Shown here one piece after another: positions 55,387-63,297 of a stretch of DNA of 64,000 nt. How positions within the stretch are numbered: position 1 is the first letter of the stretch; each line of letters begins with the position of its first letter. The position numbers and the translations under genes were made by a program. The notes under the pieces are model-generated. The model searched no databases and was not told where the DNA came from. It was given only the letters and a program-made list of their open reading frames with translations. Source of the stretch: Actinomycetota bacterium (GTDB lineage: Bacteria; Actinomycetota; Thermoleophilia; Gaiellales; Gaiellaceae); NCBI GenBank assembly GCA_005884575.1, contig VAWW01000026.1, forward strand, positions 8,575-72,574, given 5' to 3'.

Positions 55387-56399
55387 TGGAGCGTGCGCCC
55401 GCGCTCGACATCGATGATCTGTCGAGCCTGACGTCGTACCTGCGGCGAGGCGGCTGGATCGCGGCGGGCGAGCGACCGCGCGCCCGCATCCTTCCGGGCG
55501 GCGTTTCGAACAAGACGGTGCTGGTCGAGCGAGACGGCGAGGCCTGGGTGCTGAAGCAGGCGCTCGCCAAGCTCCGCGTTCCCGTCGACTGGTTCAGCGA
55601 TCCGATACGGATCCATCGCGAGGCGAGCGCGCTCCGCTGGTTCGAGGAGCTCGCGCCGGGCGCGGCGCCCAAGCTCGTGTTCGAGGATCGCGACGAGCAC
55701 GTCCTCTGCATGGAGGCCGTCCCCGAACCGCACGAGAACTGGAAGGACAAGCTCCTCGACGGACGCGTCGATCGGGATGACGTGCGTCAGTTCGGAGCCC
55801 TGCTCGGAGACGTGCACCGCCGGAGCGCGGCGCGACTCGACGCGCTCGAGCCCGAGTTCGGCGACCGCTCGTTCTTCGAGTCGCTCCGGATCGAGCCGTA
55901 CTACCTCTACACCGCCGAGCGAGTTCCGGCGGCCGCGCCGTTCCTGTTGGCCCTGGTGGACGAGACGCGCCCCATCGCTGCCGCGCTGACGCACGGCGAC
56001 TTCAGCCCGAAGAACGTCCTCGTCTACCAGGGGCGGCCGAAGCTGCTCGACTACGAGGTCGCACACATCGGCGACCCGGCCTTCGACCTCGGCTTCTCGC
56101 TCGCGCATCTGCTGAGCAAGGCGCGCCACCTTCCGCGTGTGCGCAACGAGCTCCTTGCGAGCGTCGATCTGTACTGGACCGCTTACCGGGAGGCCGTGGC
56201 GGACGCGCCGTTCGTCGACGGACTCGAGGAGCGCGCTGTCCGGCATGCCTGTGCGTGCCTGCTCGCGCGAGCCCGGGGCCGCTCCCAGCTCGAGTACCTC
56301 AGCGACGAGGCCAAGGATCGCCAGGCGGCGGACGTCGTGCGCATGCTTCCCGGGCCGCCGACGATCTCCGAGCTGGCGGCGGAATTCTCAGCGGCGTAG
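55386..56399 (+). CDS. aminoglycoside-phosphotransferase-fold kinase (methylthioribose-kinase-like)
   Basis: The ATG at 55386 shares one base with the previous TGA (TGATG). Motifs GGVSNKTVLV, LTHGDFSPKNVLV and DYEVAHIGDPAFDLG. Confidence 0.75.
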   Translation: MERAPALDIDDLSSLTSYLRRGGWIAAGERPRARILPGGVSNKTVLVERDGEAWVLKQALAKLRVPVDWFSDPIRIHREASALRWFEELAPGAAPKLVFEDRDEHVLCMEAVPEPHENWKDKLLDGRVDRDDVRQFGALLGDVHRRSAARLDALEPEFGDRSFFESLRIEPYYLYTAERVPAAAPFLLALVDETRPIAAALTHGDFSPKNVLVYQGRPKLLDYEVAHIGDPAFDLGFSLAHLLSKARHLPRVRNELLASVDLYWTAYREAVADAPFVDGLEERAVRHACACLLARARGRSQLEYLSDEAKDRQAADVVRMLPGPPTISELAAEFSAA

Positions 56400-57656
56400 C
56401 GCGTCGCGTCCCGGATAGACGGCGTCGTCGCCGAGGGCTTCCTCGATGCGCAGGAGCTGGTTGTACTTCGCGAGGCGTTCGGACTGTGCGAGCGATCCGA
56501 TCTTGATCTGGCCCGCGTTGACCGCGACGGCGAGGTCGGCGATGAAGGGATCCTCGGTCTCGCCCGACCGTGCCGACACGACGGTGCCGTAGCCGAGCCG
56601 CTGCGCGGCGGAGACGACGGCGAGCGTCTCGGAGAGCGTGCCGACCTGGTTCATCTTGACGAGGATCGAGTTGGCGACGCCGTCTGCCGCGCCGCGCTCG
56701 AGGCGGGCGAGATCGGTTGCGAAGAGGTCGTCGCCGATTACCTGCACCTTCGACGTCAGGCGGCTCCCCTCGGAGGCCCATCCCGCCCAATCGTCCTCGT
56801 CGAGCACGTCTTCGAGCGAGACGATCGGGTACCCGGCGAGCCAGTCGTCGAGCAGCTGCACGAGGCCGGCCGCGTCGAGCGTGAGATTCTCGGCCTCGAG
56901 GCGGTAGCGCCCGTCGAAGAAGTGCGAGGCGGCAACGTCGATCGCCAGCGCGACGTCCTCGCCCGGCTCGTAGCCGGCGCGCTCGATCGACGCGACCACG
57001 AGCTCGACCGCGGCGCGGTTGCTCTCGAGTGCGGGCGCGAAGCCTCCCTCGTCGGCCTTCAGCACCGAGAGGCCTCGCTCGGCGAGCAGGTCGGCGGCCG
57101 ACTCGCGCACGTTCGCCGCCATCGCCATCGCCTCGGCGAACGTCGACGCGCCGACCGGGACGATCAGGAAGTCCTGGAAATCGACCTGACGGCCGGCGTG
57201 GAGACCGCCGCTCACGAGGTTGACCATCGGCACAGGCAGCACGCGCGCCGCGGCGCTGCCGAGGTGGCGCCACAACGGCACGCCGGCGGCGACGGCCGCG
57301 GCGCGCGCTGACGCGAGCGACACGCCGAGCAGCGCGTTCGCGCCGAGGTTCGACTTGTCGGCGCTGCCGTCCGCGGCGATCAGCGCCGCGTCGACAGCGG
57401 CCTGATCCTGCGCGTCGAGGCCGACGACCGCGGGACCGAGGATCTCGTTCACGTTCGCCACCGCCCGCCGGACGCCGAGGCCGCGATAACGCGCGGCATC
57501 TCCGTCGCGAAGCTCTACGGCCTCGTGCCGGCCGCGGGACGCTCCGGCCGGGACGCTCGCCGCGGCGTGCGCGCCCCCGCTGACGGCCACCTCCACCTCG
57601 ACGGTCGGGCGGCCGCGGGAGTCCAGGATCTCGCGCGCGTGGACGCTCTCGATCAC
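56388..57656 (-). CDS. enolase-family protein, divergent paralogue
   Basis: The GTG at 57656 overlaps the ybjQ stop (GTGA). The protein is 422 aa. Motifs AREILDSRGRPTVEVEV, KADEGGFAP, VKMNQVGTLSET and SARSGETEDPFIADLAVA. Confidence 0.85.
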   Translation of the reverse strand: MIESVHAREILDSRGRPTVEVEVAVSGGAHAAASVPAGASRGRHEAVELRDGDAARYRGLGVRRAVANVNEILGPAVVGLDAQDQAAVDAALIAADGSADKSNLGANALLGVSLASARAAAVAAGVPLWRHLGSAAARVLPVPMVNLVSGGLHAGRQVDFQDFLIVPVGASTFAEAMAMAANVRESAADLLAERGLSVLKADEGGFAPALESNRAAVELVVASIERAGYEPGEDVALAIDVAASHFFDGRYRLEAENLTLDAAGLVQLLDDWLAGYPIVSLEDVLDEDDWAGWASEGSRLTSKVQVIGDDLFATDLARLERGAADGVANSILVKMNQVGTLSETLAVVSAAQRLGYGTVVSARSGETEDPFIADLAVAVNAGQIKIGSLAQSERLAKYNQLLRIEEALGDDAVYPGRDALRR

Positions 57657-57973
57657 GCCTTTCGGAGGCGGACGGCCGTCCCGTACGCGCAGATCTCGGT
57701 CCAGTTCTGGCCCATCTCCGAGGTGTCGAAGCGCATCGCGATGATCGCGTCGGCGCCTTTCGCCTCGGCTTCGGCGGTCATCCGGTCGATCACCTCGTGG
57801 CGGCTGTCGACGAGCGCCTTCGTCATTCCCTTGAGCTCGCCGCCGAGGATCGACTTGAGCCCGGCGCCGATCTGCGAGCCGATGTTGCGCGAGCGGACCG
57901 TGAGTCCCATCACCTCGCCGTAGACCTCGGCGACCTCGTGTCCGGGGATGTCGTTCATGGTCGTGATCAGCAT
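57653..57973 (-). CDS. YbjQ/UPF0145-family protein
   Basis: ATG at 57973 with GAGGAGGAG upstream. The 106-aa protein begins MLITTMNDIPGHEVAEVYGEVMGLTVRSRN... Confidence 0.85.
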   Translation of the reverse strand: MLITTMNDIPGHEVAEVYGEVMGLTVRSRNIGSQIGAGLKSILGGELKGMTKALVDSRHEVIDRMTAEAEAKGADAIIAMRFDTSEMGQNWTEICAYGTAVRLRKA

Positions 57974-58006
57974 GGCTCCTCCTCGTAGGCTCGTCGGCAA
58001 GTATCG

Positions 58007-58030
58007 CTAGTGGCTCAGAGCCACAAAGTC
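58007..58030. repeat. 24-nt duplicate of the 3' end (last 7 codons plus stop) of the gene ending at 58073
   Basis: CTAGTGGCTCAGAGCCACAAAGTC versus TTAGTGGCTCAGAGCCACAAAGTC at 58073-58096. It contains the hairpin GTGGCTC-a-GAGCCAC. Confidence 0.85.
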
Positions 58031-58040
58031 GAGAACCGCC

Positions 58041-58060
58041 GCTGCGCTGACGAACGCAGC
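58041..58060 (-). terminator. stem-loop between the two 24-nt repeat copies
   Basis: GCTGCG-ctgacgaa-CGCAGC. It lies downstream of the Dpp ATPase gene and upstream of ybjQ. Confidence 0.3.
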
Positions 58061-58072
58061 TCGAGAAGCCGG

Positions 58073-58096
58073 TTAGTGGCTCAGAGCCACAAAGTC
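58073..58096. repeat. 24-nt repeat copy covering the stop codon and last 7 codons of the Dpp ATPase gene
   Basis: See 58007-58030. On the minus strand it reads GAC TTT GTG GCT CTG AGC CAC TAA. Confidence 0.85.
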
Positions 58097-59044
58097 TTCC
58101 GCCAGGACCTCTTCGGCGAAATGGCACGCGGCCAGCCGGCCCGGTGCCACCTCGCGTAGCGGCGGGACGTCGGTGCGGCAGACGTCGGCCGCGAGTGGGC
58201 AGCGTGGATGGAAGACGCAGCCGGGGGGCGGGTCGGCCGGGTCCGGCGGCGGGCCGGAGACGACGACGCGCTGCCGCCGCGACGCGAGGTCGAGCTCCGG
58301 CACGGCCGAACGCAGCGCGTGCGTGTACGGATGCGCCGGCCGCGCGAGCACCTCCTCCGTCCTCCCCTGCTCGACGATTCGTCCGAGATAGAGGACGACG
58401 GTCTCGTCGCAGAGGCGCTCGACGACCGCGAGGTTGTGCGAGATCAGCAGGTACGCGAGGCGGCGCTCGTCCCGCAGGCGCTCGAAGAGCGCGAGGATCC
58501 GTGCCTGCACCGTGACGTCGAGCGCGCTCGTGGGCTCGTCGAGGACGAGCAGCCGCGGCTCGACCGCCAACCCGCGCGCGATCGCGACGCGCTGGCGCTG
58601 GCCGCCGGAGAGCTGGTGTGGAAACCGCGACGTATGCGCAGGCTCGAGTCCGACCTCCTCGAGCAGCGCGTCGATTCGCGCACCGACCTGGGCGCGCGGA
58701 ACGACGTCGTGCACGCGCAGCGCCTCGCCGAGCGCCGCGCCGACGCGCATGCGCGGGTCCAGCGTCCCGCCGGGATCCTGGAAGACGATCTGGGCGTCGC
58801 CGCGGAACGACTTCAGCTCGCGCCCGCGCAGACGCGCGACGTCTCGGCCGGCGAACGCGACGACGCCGGCGGCCGGCCGCACGAGGCGCAGCACCGCCCG
58901 GCCGAGCGTCGTCTTGCCGGAGCCGCTCTCGCCGACGACGCCGACGCCGTACGGGCCCTCCGGCACGTCGAGCGAGACGCCTGCGACCGCGCGCACCGGG
59001 CCGAACGTGACCTCGACGTCCCGCAGCGACAGCAGCGCCGTCAC
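58073..59044 (-). CDS. oligopeptide/dipeptide ABC transporter ATP-binding protein (DppF/OppF-like)
   Basis: ORF track, 323 aa. Motifs GESGSGKTT, LSGGQRQR, LVLDEPTSALD and the C-terminal Cys-rich oligopeptide-ATPase tail. Confidence 0.9.
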   Translation of the reverse strand: MTALLSLRDVEVTFGPVRAVAGVSLDVPEGPYGVGVVGESGSGKTTLGRAVLRLVRPAAGVVAFAGRDVARLRGRELKSFRGDAQIVFQDPGGTLDPRMRVGAALGEALRVHDVVPRAQVGARIDALLEEVGLEPAHTSRFPHQLSGGQRQRVAIARGLAVEPRLLVLDEPTSALDVTVQARILALFERLRDERRLAYLLISHNLAVVERLCDETVVLYLGRIVEQGRTEEVLARPAHPYTHALRSAVPELDLASRRQRVVVSGPPPDPADPPPGCVFHPRCPLAADVCRTDVPPLREVAPGRLAACHFAEEVLAEDFVALSH

Positions 59045-59817
59045 GCCGTCCTCCCCGCCGTGATCCGCGGCACGGCGGCGATCAGCTCGCGGGTGTACGG
59101 ATCCTGCGGCGCGTGGAGAACGCGCTCCGTGCGCCCGGTCTCGACGATCCGCCCTTCGCGCATGACGGCGACGCGGTCGCAGAGTTGCCCGACGACGGCG
59201 AGGTCGTGGCTGATGAAAAGGATCGCGATTCCCTCGAGCTCGCGCAGGCGCGCGAGCAGCTCGACGATCTCCGCCTGCACAGTGACGTCGAGCGCGCTCG
59301 TCGCCTCGTCCGCGATCAGCACCTCCGCGCGCAGCGCCACCGCCAGCGCGACCGCGACGCGCTGCGCCTGGCCGCCCGAGAGCTGGTGCGGGTAGCGGTT
59401 GAGCAGCTCGTACGGGAGCAGCACCTCCGCAAGCGCGCTCCGCGCCCGCTCGACCGCCTTGGCGCGCGACGCTCCGTGCAGGCGCAGCGCCCGAAGGAAG
59501 ATCTCCCCGACCCGGAACACCGGATTGAACGCGGAGACGGGGTGCTGGAAGATCATCGCGATCCGCGAGCCGCGAATCTCCCGCAGCTGCGACGGGGGCG
59601 CGCCGATGAGCTCGCGGCCGTCGAGCTCGATGCTCCCCGTGACGCGCGCTCCCGCCGCTTCGGCGAGCCCGAGCACCGCGAGCGCCGTGATCGACTTCCC
59701 CGAGCCGCTCTCGCCGACGAGCCCGACGATCTCGCCGGCCGCGACGTCCAGCTCTGCCAGCTCGACCACGCGCCGATCTCCGAAGCCGATCTCCAGGTCG
59801 CGAATCGCGAGCTTCAT
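59041..59817 (-). CDS. oligopeptide/dipeptide ABC transporter ATP-binding protein (DppD/OppD-like)
   Basis: The ATG at 59817 overlaps the permease stop (ATGA). Motifs GESGSGKS, LSGGQAQR and IADEATSALD. Confidence 0.9.
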   Translation of the reverse strand: MKLAIRDLEIGFGDRRVVELAELDVAAGEIVGLVGESGSGKSITALAVLGLAEAAGARVTGSIELDGRELIGAPPSQLREIRGSRIAMIFQHPVSAFNPVFRVGEIFLRALRLHGASRAKAVERARSALAEVLLPYELLNRYPHQLSGGQAQRVAVALAVALRAEVLIADEATSALDVTVQAEIVELLARLRELEGIAILFISHDLAVVGQLCDRVAVMREGRIVETGRTERVLHAPQDPYTRELIAAVPRITAGRTA

Positions 59818-60695
59818 CGCCGCTCGATCCGCCGCGGGTCGAGCACCTCGCGCAGCCCGTCCCCGAGCAGGTTGAACGCGAGCGCCGCGACGAGGATCGC
59901 CGCGCCCGGGAACGTCACGAGCCACCACTGCGTCGTGAAGTACGACTGGCCCTGGCTGACCATCAGCCCCCACTCCGGCGTCGGGTCCTGCGCGCCGAGG
60001 CCGAGGAACGACAACGCCGCCGCCGTCAGGATGATCCCGCCGACGTCGAGCGACGCTTGCACGATCACCGGCGTGATTGAGTTCGGCAGCACGTGCCGGA
60101 GCAACGTCCGCACCGGTGGGACGCCGAGCGCGCGGGCGCCCTCGATGAACGGCCTCCCCGCGACCGACGCCGCCTGCCCGCGCGCGAGACGTGCGTACCA
60201 CGGCCACCACGTGACCGCGATCGCGATCGTCGCGTTGCCGACGCTCGGCGTCAGCACCGCCGCGAGCGCGAGCGAGAGCAGCAGCGCGGGGAACGCGAGG
60301 AAGACGTCGGTGACCCGCATGATCACCGAGTCGATCCAGCCGCCGAAGTAGCCTGCCGCGAGCCCGAGCGGCACACCGATCAGGATGCTCGACGCAAGCA
60401 CGAGCCCGGCGATCCGCAGCGAGATCCGCGCGCCGAAGACGACGCGGCTGAGCAGATCGCGTCCCACCGCGTCGGTTCCGAACAGGTGATGCCACGACGG
60501 CGGCAGCAGGGACTCGATGGGGTTCGTCGCCGTGCCCGCGTCGGCCGGGTGCGGTGCGATCAGCGGCGCGAAGACGGCAACGACAACGAGGAGGAACGCG
60601 ATCAGCGCGCCGCTCAGCAGCAACGGGTTCCGCCGCAGCGCCCGTGTCAGTGCGCGCCGGCGCGCGACGAGCGGGAGCGCCGCGACCTCGGTCAC
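59814..60695 (-). CDS. oligopeptide/dipeptide ABC transporter permease (DppC/OppC-like)
   Basis: ORF track, 293 aa. The GTG start overlaps the upstream stop (GTGA). Confidence 0.9.
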   Translation of the reverse strand: MTEVAALPLVARRRALTRALRRNPLLLSGALIAFLLVVVAVFAPLIAPHPADAGTATNPIESLLPPSWHHLFGTDAVGRDLLSRVVFGARISLRIAGLVLASSILIGVPLGLAAGYFGGWIDSVIMRVTDVFLAFPALLLSLALAAVLTPSVGNATIAIAVTWWPWYARLARGQAASVAGRPFIEGARALGVPPVRTLLRHVLPNSITPVIVQASLDVGGIILTAAALSFLGLGAQDPTPEWGLMVSQGQSYFTTQWWLVTFPGAAILVAALAFNLLGDGLREVLDPRRIERR

Positions 60696-61708
60696 GAGAG
60701 CCGGATCCGCGGGTCGAGGAACGCCTGCACGATGTCGACGATCAGGTTCGAGACGACGTAGACGATCGCGATCAGCAGCGTCACGCCGATGATCGCCGGC
60801 GTGTCGAGCGACTGCGTCGACGCGGCGACGTAGCTCCCGAGCCCGGGCCAGTCGAAGATCGCCTCGACGAGGAACGTGTTCGCGAGCGAGTACGCGAACA
60901 CCAGAGCGGTGATCGCGACGATCGGGTTCAGCGCGGGCTTCAGCCCGAAGCGCCAGAAGACGGCACGCTCCGGGAAGCCGAGCGCGCGCACCATCCGCAC
61001 GTGCTCCTCACCGAGCGTCTCCAGCACCGACGCGCGCACCATCCGCGCGATCACGCCGAGCGGATACGCCGCGACGACGACGGCCGGCAGCACGAGGTGT
61101 TGCAGCGCGCTCCACAGCACCGGCCAGTTCCCCTCGACGAGCGCGTCGACGACCGCCATGTGCGTGTGCGCTGCGAGCGGGCTCGTGTAGTCGAGGTTCG
61201 GGTCGTACTGGCCCGCGACCGGCAGGATGCCGAGCTTCTGGAAGAAGATGAGCTGGAGGATCAGGGCGAGCCAGAAGACGGGCATCGAGACGCCGGCGAC
61301 CGCCGCGAAGCGGACGAGCAGGTCAGGCGCGCGGCCGCGCCAGCGCGCCGACGCGAGGCCGAGCGGGATCCCGAGCGCGAGCGCGATCAGGAGCGCGGCG
61401 ACGACGAGCTCCACCGACGCCGGCGCGCGGCTCGCAAGGTCGGACAGCACCGAGTGCTTCGTGTGGATCGAGACCCCCCAGTCGCCGACGACGATCCCGT
61501 GGAGGTAGTCGACGACCTGCCGCGGCACCGACTTGTCGAGCCCGAGATCGTGGTGCGCCTTCGCGAGCTCCTGCGGCGTCGCGTGCGGCCCGACCCAGGA
61601 CGCCGCCGGATCGCCCGGGACGACCCGGGCGATCACGAAGGTCAGGATCAGGACACCGACGACGACGAGCAGCCCGAGCGCGAGCCGCTTCGCGACGTAT
61701 AGCGTCAA
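60692..61708 (-). CDS. oligopeptide/dipeptide ABC transporter permease (DppB/OppB-like)
   Basis: ORF track, 338 aa. The TTG start overlaps the binding-protein stop (TTGA). The N-terminus reads LYVAKRLALGLLVVVGVLILTF. Confidence 0.9.
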   Translation of the reverse strand: MTLYVAKRLALGLLVVVGVLILTFVIARVVPGDPAASWVGPHATPQELAKAHHDLGLDKSVPRQVVDYLHGIVVGDWGVSIHTKHSVLSDLASRAPASVELVVAALLIALALGIPLGLASARWRGRAPDLLVRFAAVAGVSMPVFWLALILQLIFFQKLGILPVAGQYDPNLDYTSPLAAHTHMAVVDALVEGNWPVLWSALQHLVLPAVVVAAYPLGVIARMVRASVLETLGEEHVRMVRALGFPERAVFWRFGLKPALNPIVAITALVFAYSLANTFLVEAIFDWPGLGSYVAASTQSLDTPAIIGVTLLIAIVYVVSNLIVDIVQAFLDPRIRLS

Positions 61709-63276
61709 GCGGCGGGATGCAGGTCGTACGCGAAGACGACGTTCGGGTAGGCGGGATTCTCCACGAAGCCACCGACGGACTTCAGCATCGTCCGCTGGTA
61801 GGCCTGGTCATAGAGCGGCACCGACGGCGCGTCCTGGAGCAGCTGCTTCTGCAGCGTCTGGTAGAGCGCGTCGGCCTTGGCGCGATTCGTCGCCGTGAGC
61901 GACGGCGCCTTGTCGATCATCTTGTCGATGCGCGGATTGGAGAAGTACGAGAGGTTGAAGTACGGCGTCTTCTCGGTGTGGTAGAGGTTGATGAACCACG
62001 AGTACGGGTCGGCGTAGTCGGGCCACCAGTAGAAGACGAGGATGTCCTGGCGCTTCGACTTGTCCGCGGACTTCGCCTTGTCCCACTGCGTCGGCCACGC
62101 GAGCGGCCGCGCGTCGACGTTGATGTTCAGCCCGGCGAGATTGGACTTGATCAGCGTCGCGACGAGCTGCTGGTCGGTGTCGCCCTGCGTGTACGTGAGC
62201 GTCAGGTTCAGCTTCTTGCCGCCCGGGCCGAAGCCCTTGCTCTTCAGCAGCGCGGTCGCCTTCTTCGGATCGTGCGGGTAGCCGGTGATCGAGTCGGAAT
62301 GGCCGAGGAGACCGGGCGGGATCACTCCGTGGGACAGCGTGCCGCCGCCGTGCAGGCTGGCGACGATGCCCTGGTAGTCGAGCCCGTAGGCGATCGCACG
62401 GCGCACGGTCTTGTCGGCGAGCGGGCCCGACGCGGTGTTCATCATCGCGAGCAGGTTCTGGAACGAGGTCTGGCTCGTCACCGTCACGTTCTTGTCGCTC
62501 TTGAACGAGTCGCGCAGCTGCGGCGTCAGCCGCTCGGCGAAGCTGATCTCGCCCGCGCGTAGGAGCTGCGCCGAGGTCGTCGCCTGCGGGATCACGCGGT
62601 AGACGACGCGCGTGTAGTGGCCGCCGTTCCAGCCGCCCCAGTACTTCGGGTACGACTTCAGCCGCACCTCGACCTCCTGGCCCTTCGCATACTTGTCGAT
62701 CGTGTACGGGCCGGTGCCGGCATCGTGTGCCGCGCTGAACCACTTCGGGAGCTGCTTCGCCGGCGCGGCTTTCGTGTCGTAGATGTACGCGGCGTAGTCC
62801 GCGGACGAGATCAGGTCGAGCGGCGCCGGATACTTGAGGTGGAAGACGAGCGTCGACGGGTTCGGCGTCGCGATCGACTTGACCGCGTCCCAGATGTACG
62901 CGGCGCCCTGGTGCAGCTTCATCGTGCGCGCGATGGCAGCCTTCGCCGCCTGCGCGGTCATCGGCCGGCCGGTGTGGAACGTGACGCCCTTGCGCAGCGT
63001 GAACGTCCACGTCTTGCCGTCCTTCGACTTCGCGACGCTCGTCGCGAGCAGCGGCTTGATCTTCTTCGCGCGCGAGTCATAGCGCGTGAGCGTCTCGTAC
63101 ATGTTCTGCATCGCAAGGATCTCGTTCGAGTACGAGGTGCTCGGATCCCACCCGACCATGACGTCGGTGTAGGTGCCGTAGGTGAATGTTCCCGTCGTTG
63201 CGGCGCTCGTGGCGCCGAGGGCGAACGGGGTCAGGACGACCGCGGCGGCGGCTGCAACTAGAACGAGACGATGCAC
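61705..63276 (-). CDS. ABC transporter substrate-binding protein, family 5 (DppA/OppA-like)
   Basis: ORF track, 523 aa. The GTG start has GAGGAGG 8 nt upstream. It has a signal peptide. Confidence 0.9.
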   Translation of the reverse strand: MHRLVLVAAAAAVVLTPFALGATSAATTGTFTYGTYTDVMVGWDPSTSYSNEILAMQNMYETLTRYDSRAKKIKPLLATSVAKSKDGKTWTFTLRKGVTFHTGRPMTAQAAKAAIARTMKLHQGAAYIWDAVKSIATPNPSTLVFHLKYPAPLDLISSADYAAYIYDTKAAPAKQLPKWFSAAHDAGTGPYTIDKYAKGQEVEVRLKSYPKYWGGWNGGHYTRVVYRVIPQATTSAQLLRAGEISFAERLTPQLRDSFKSDKNVTVTSQTSFQNLLAMMNTASGPLADKTVRRAIAYGLDYQGIVASLHGGGTLSHGVIPPGLLGHSDSITGYPHDPKKATALLKSKGFGPGGKKLNLTLTYTQGDTDQQLVATLIKSNLAGLNINVDARPLAWPTQWDKAKSADKSKRQDILVFYWWPDYADPYSWFINLYHTEKTPYFNLSYFSNPRIDKMIDKAPSLTATNRAKADALYQTLQKQLLQDAPSVPLYDQAYQRTMLKSVGGFVENPAYPNVVFAYDLHPAA

Positions 63277-63297
63277 GGAAGGAACCTCCTCAGCGTG

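Noticed and set aside
56388-57656. Labelling the enolase-family gene as the housekeeping eno.
   Set aside because: Its operon context (the end of a peptide-transporter operon, coupled to ybjQ) and apparent substitutions at two active-site positions argue against assigning the symbol without an alignment and a genome-wide check.
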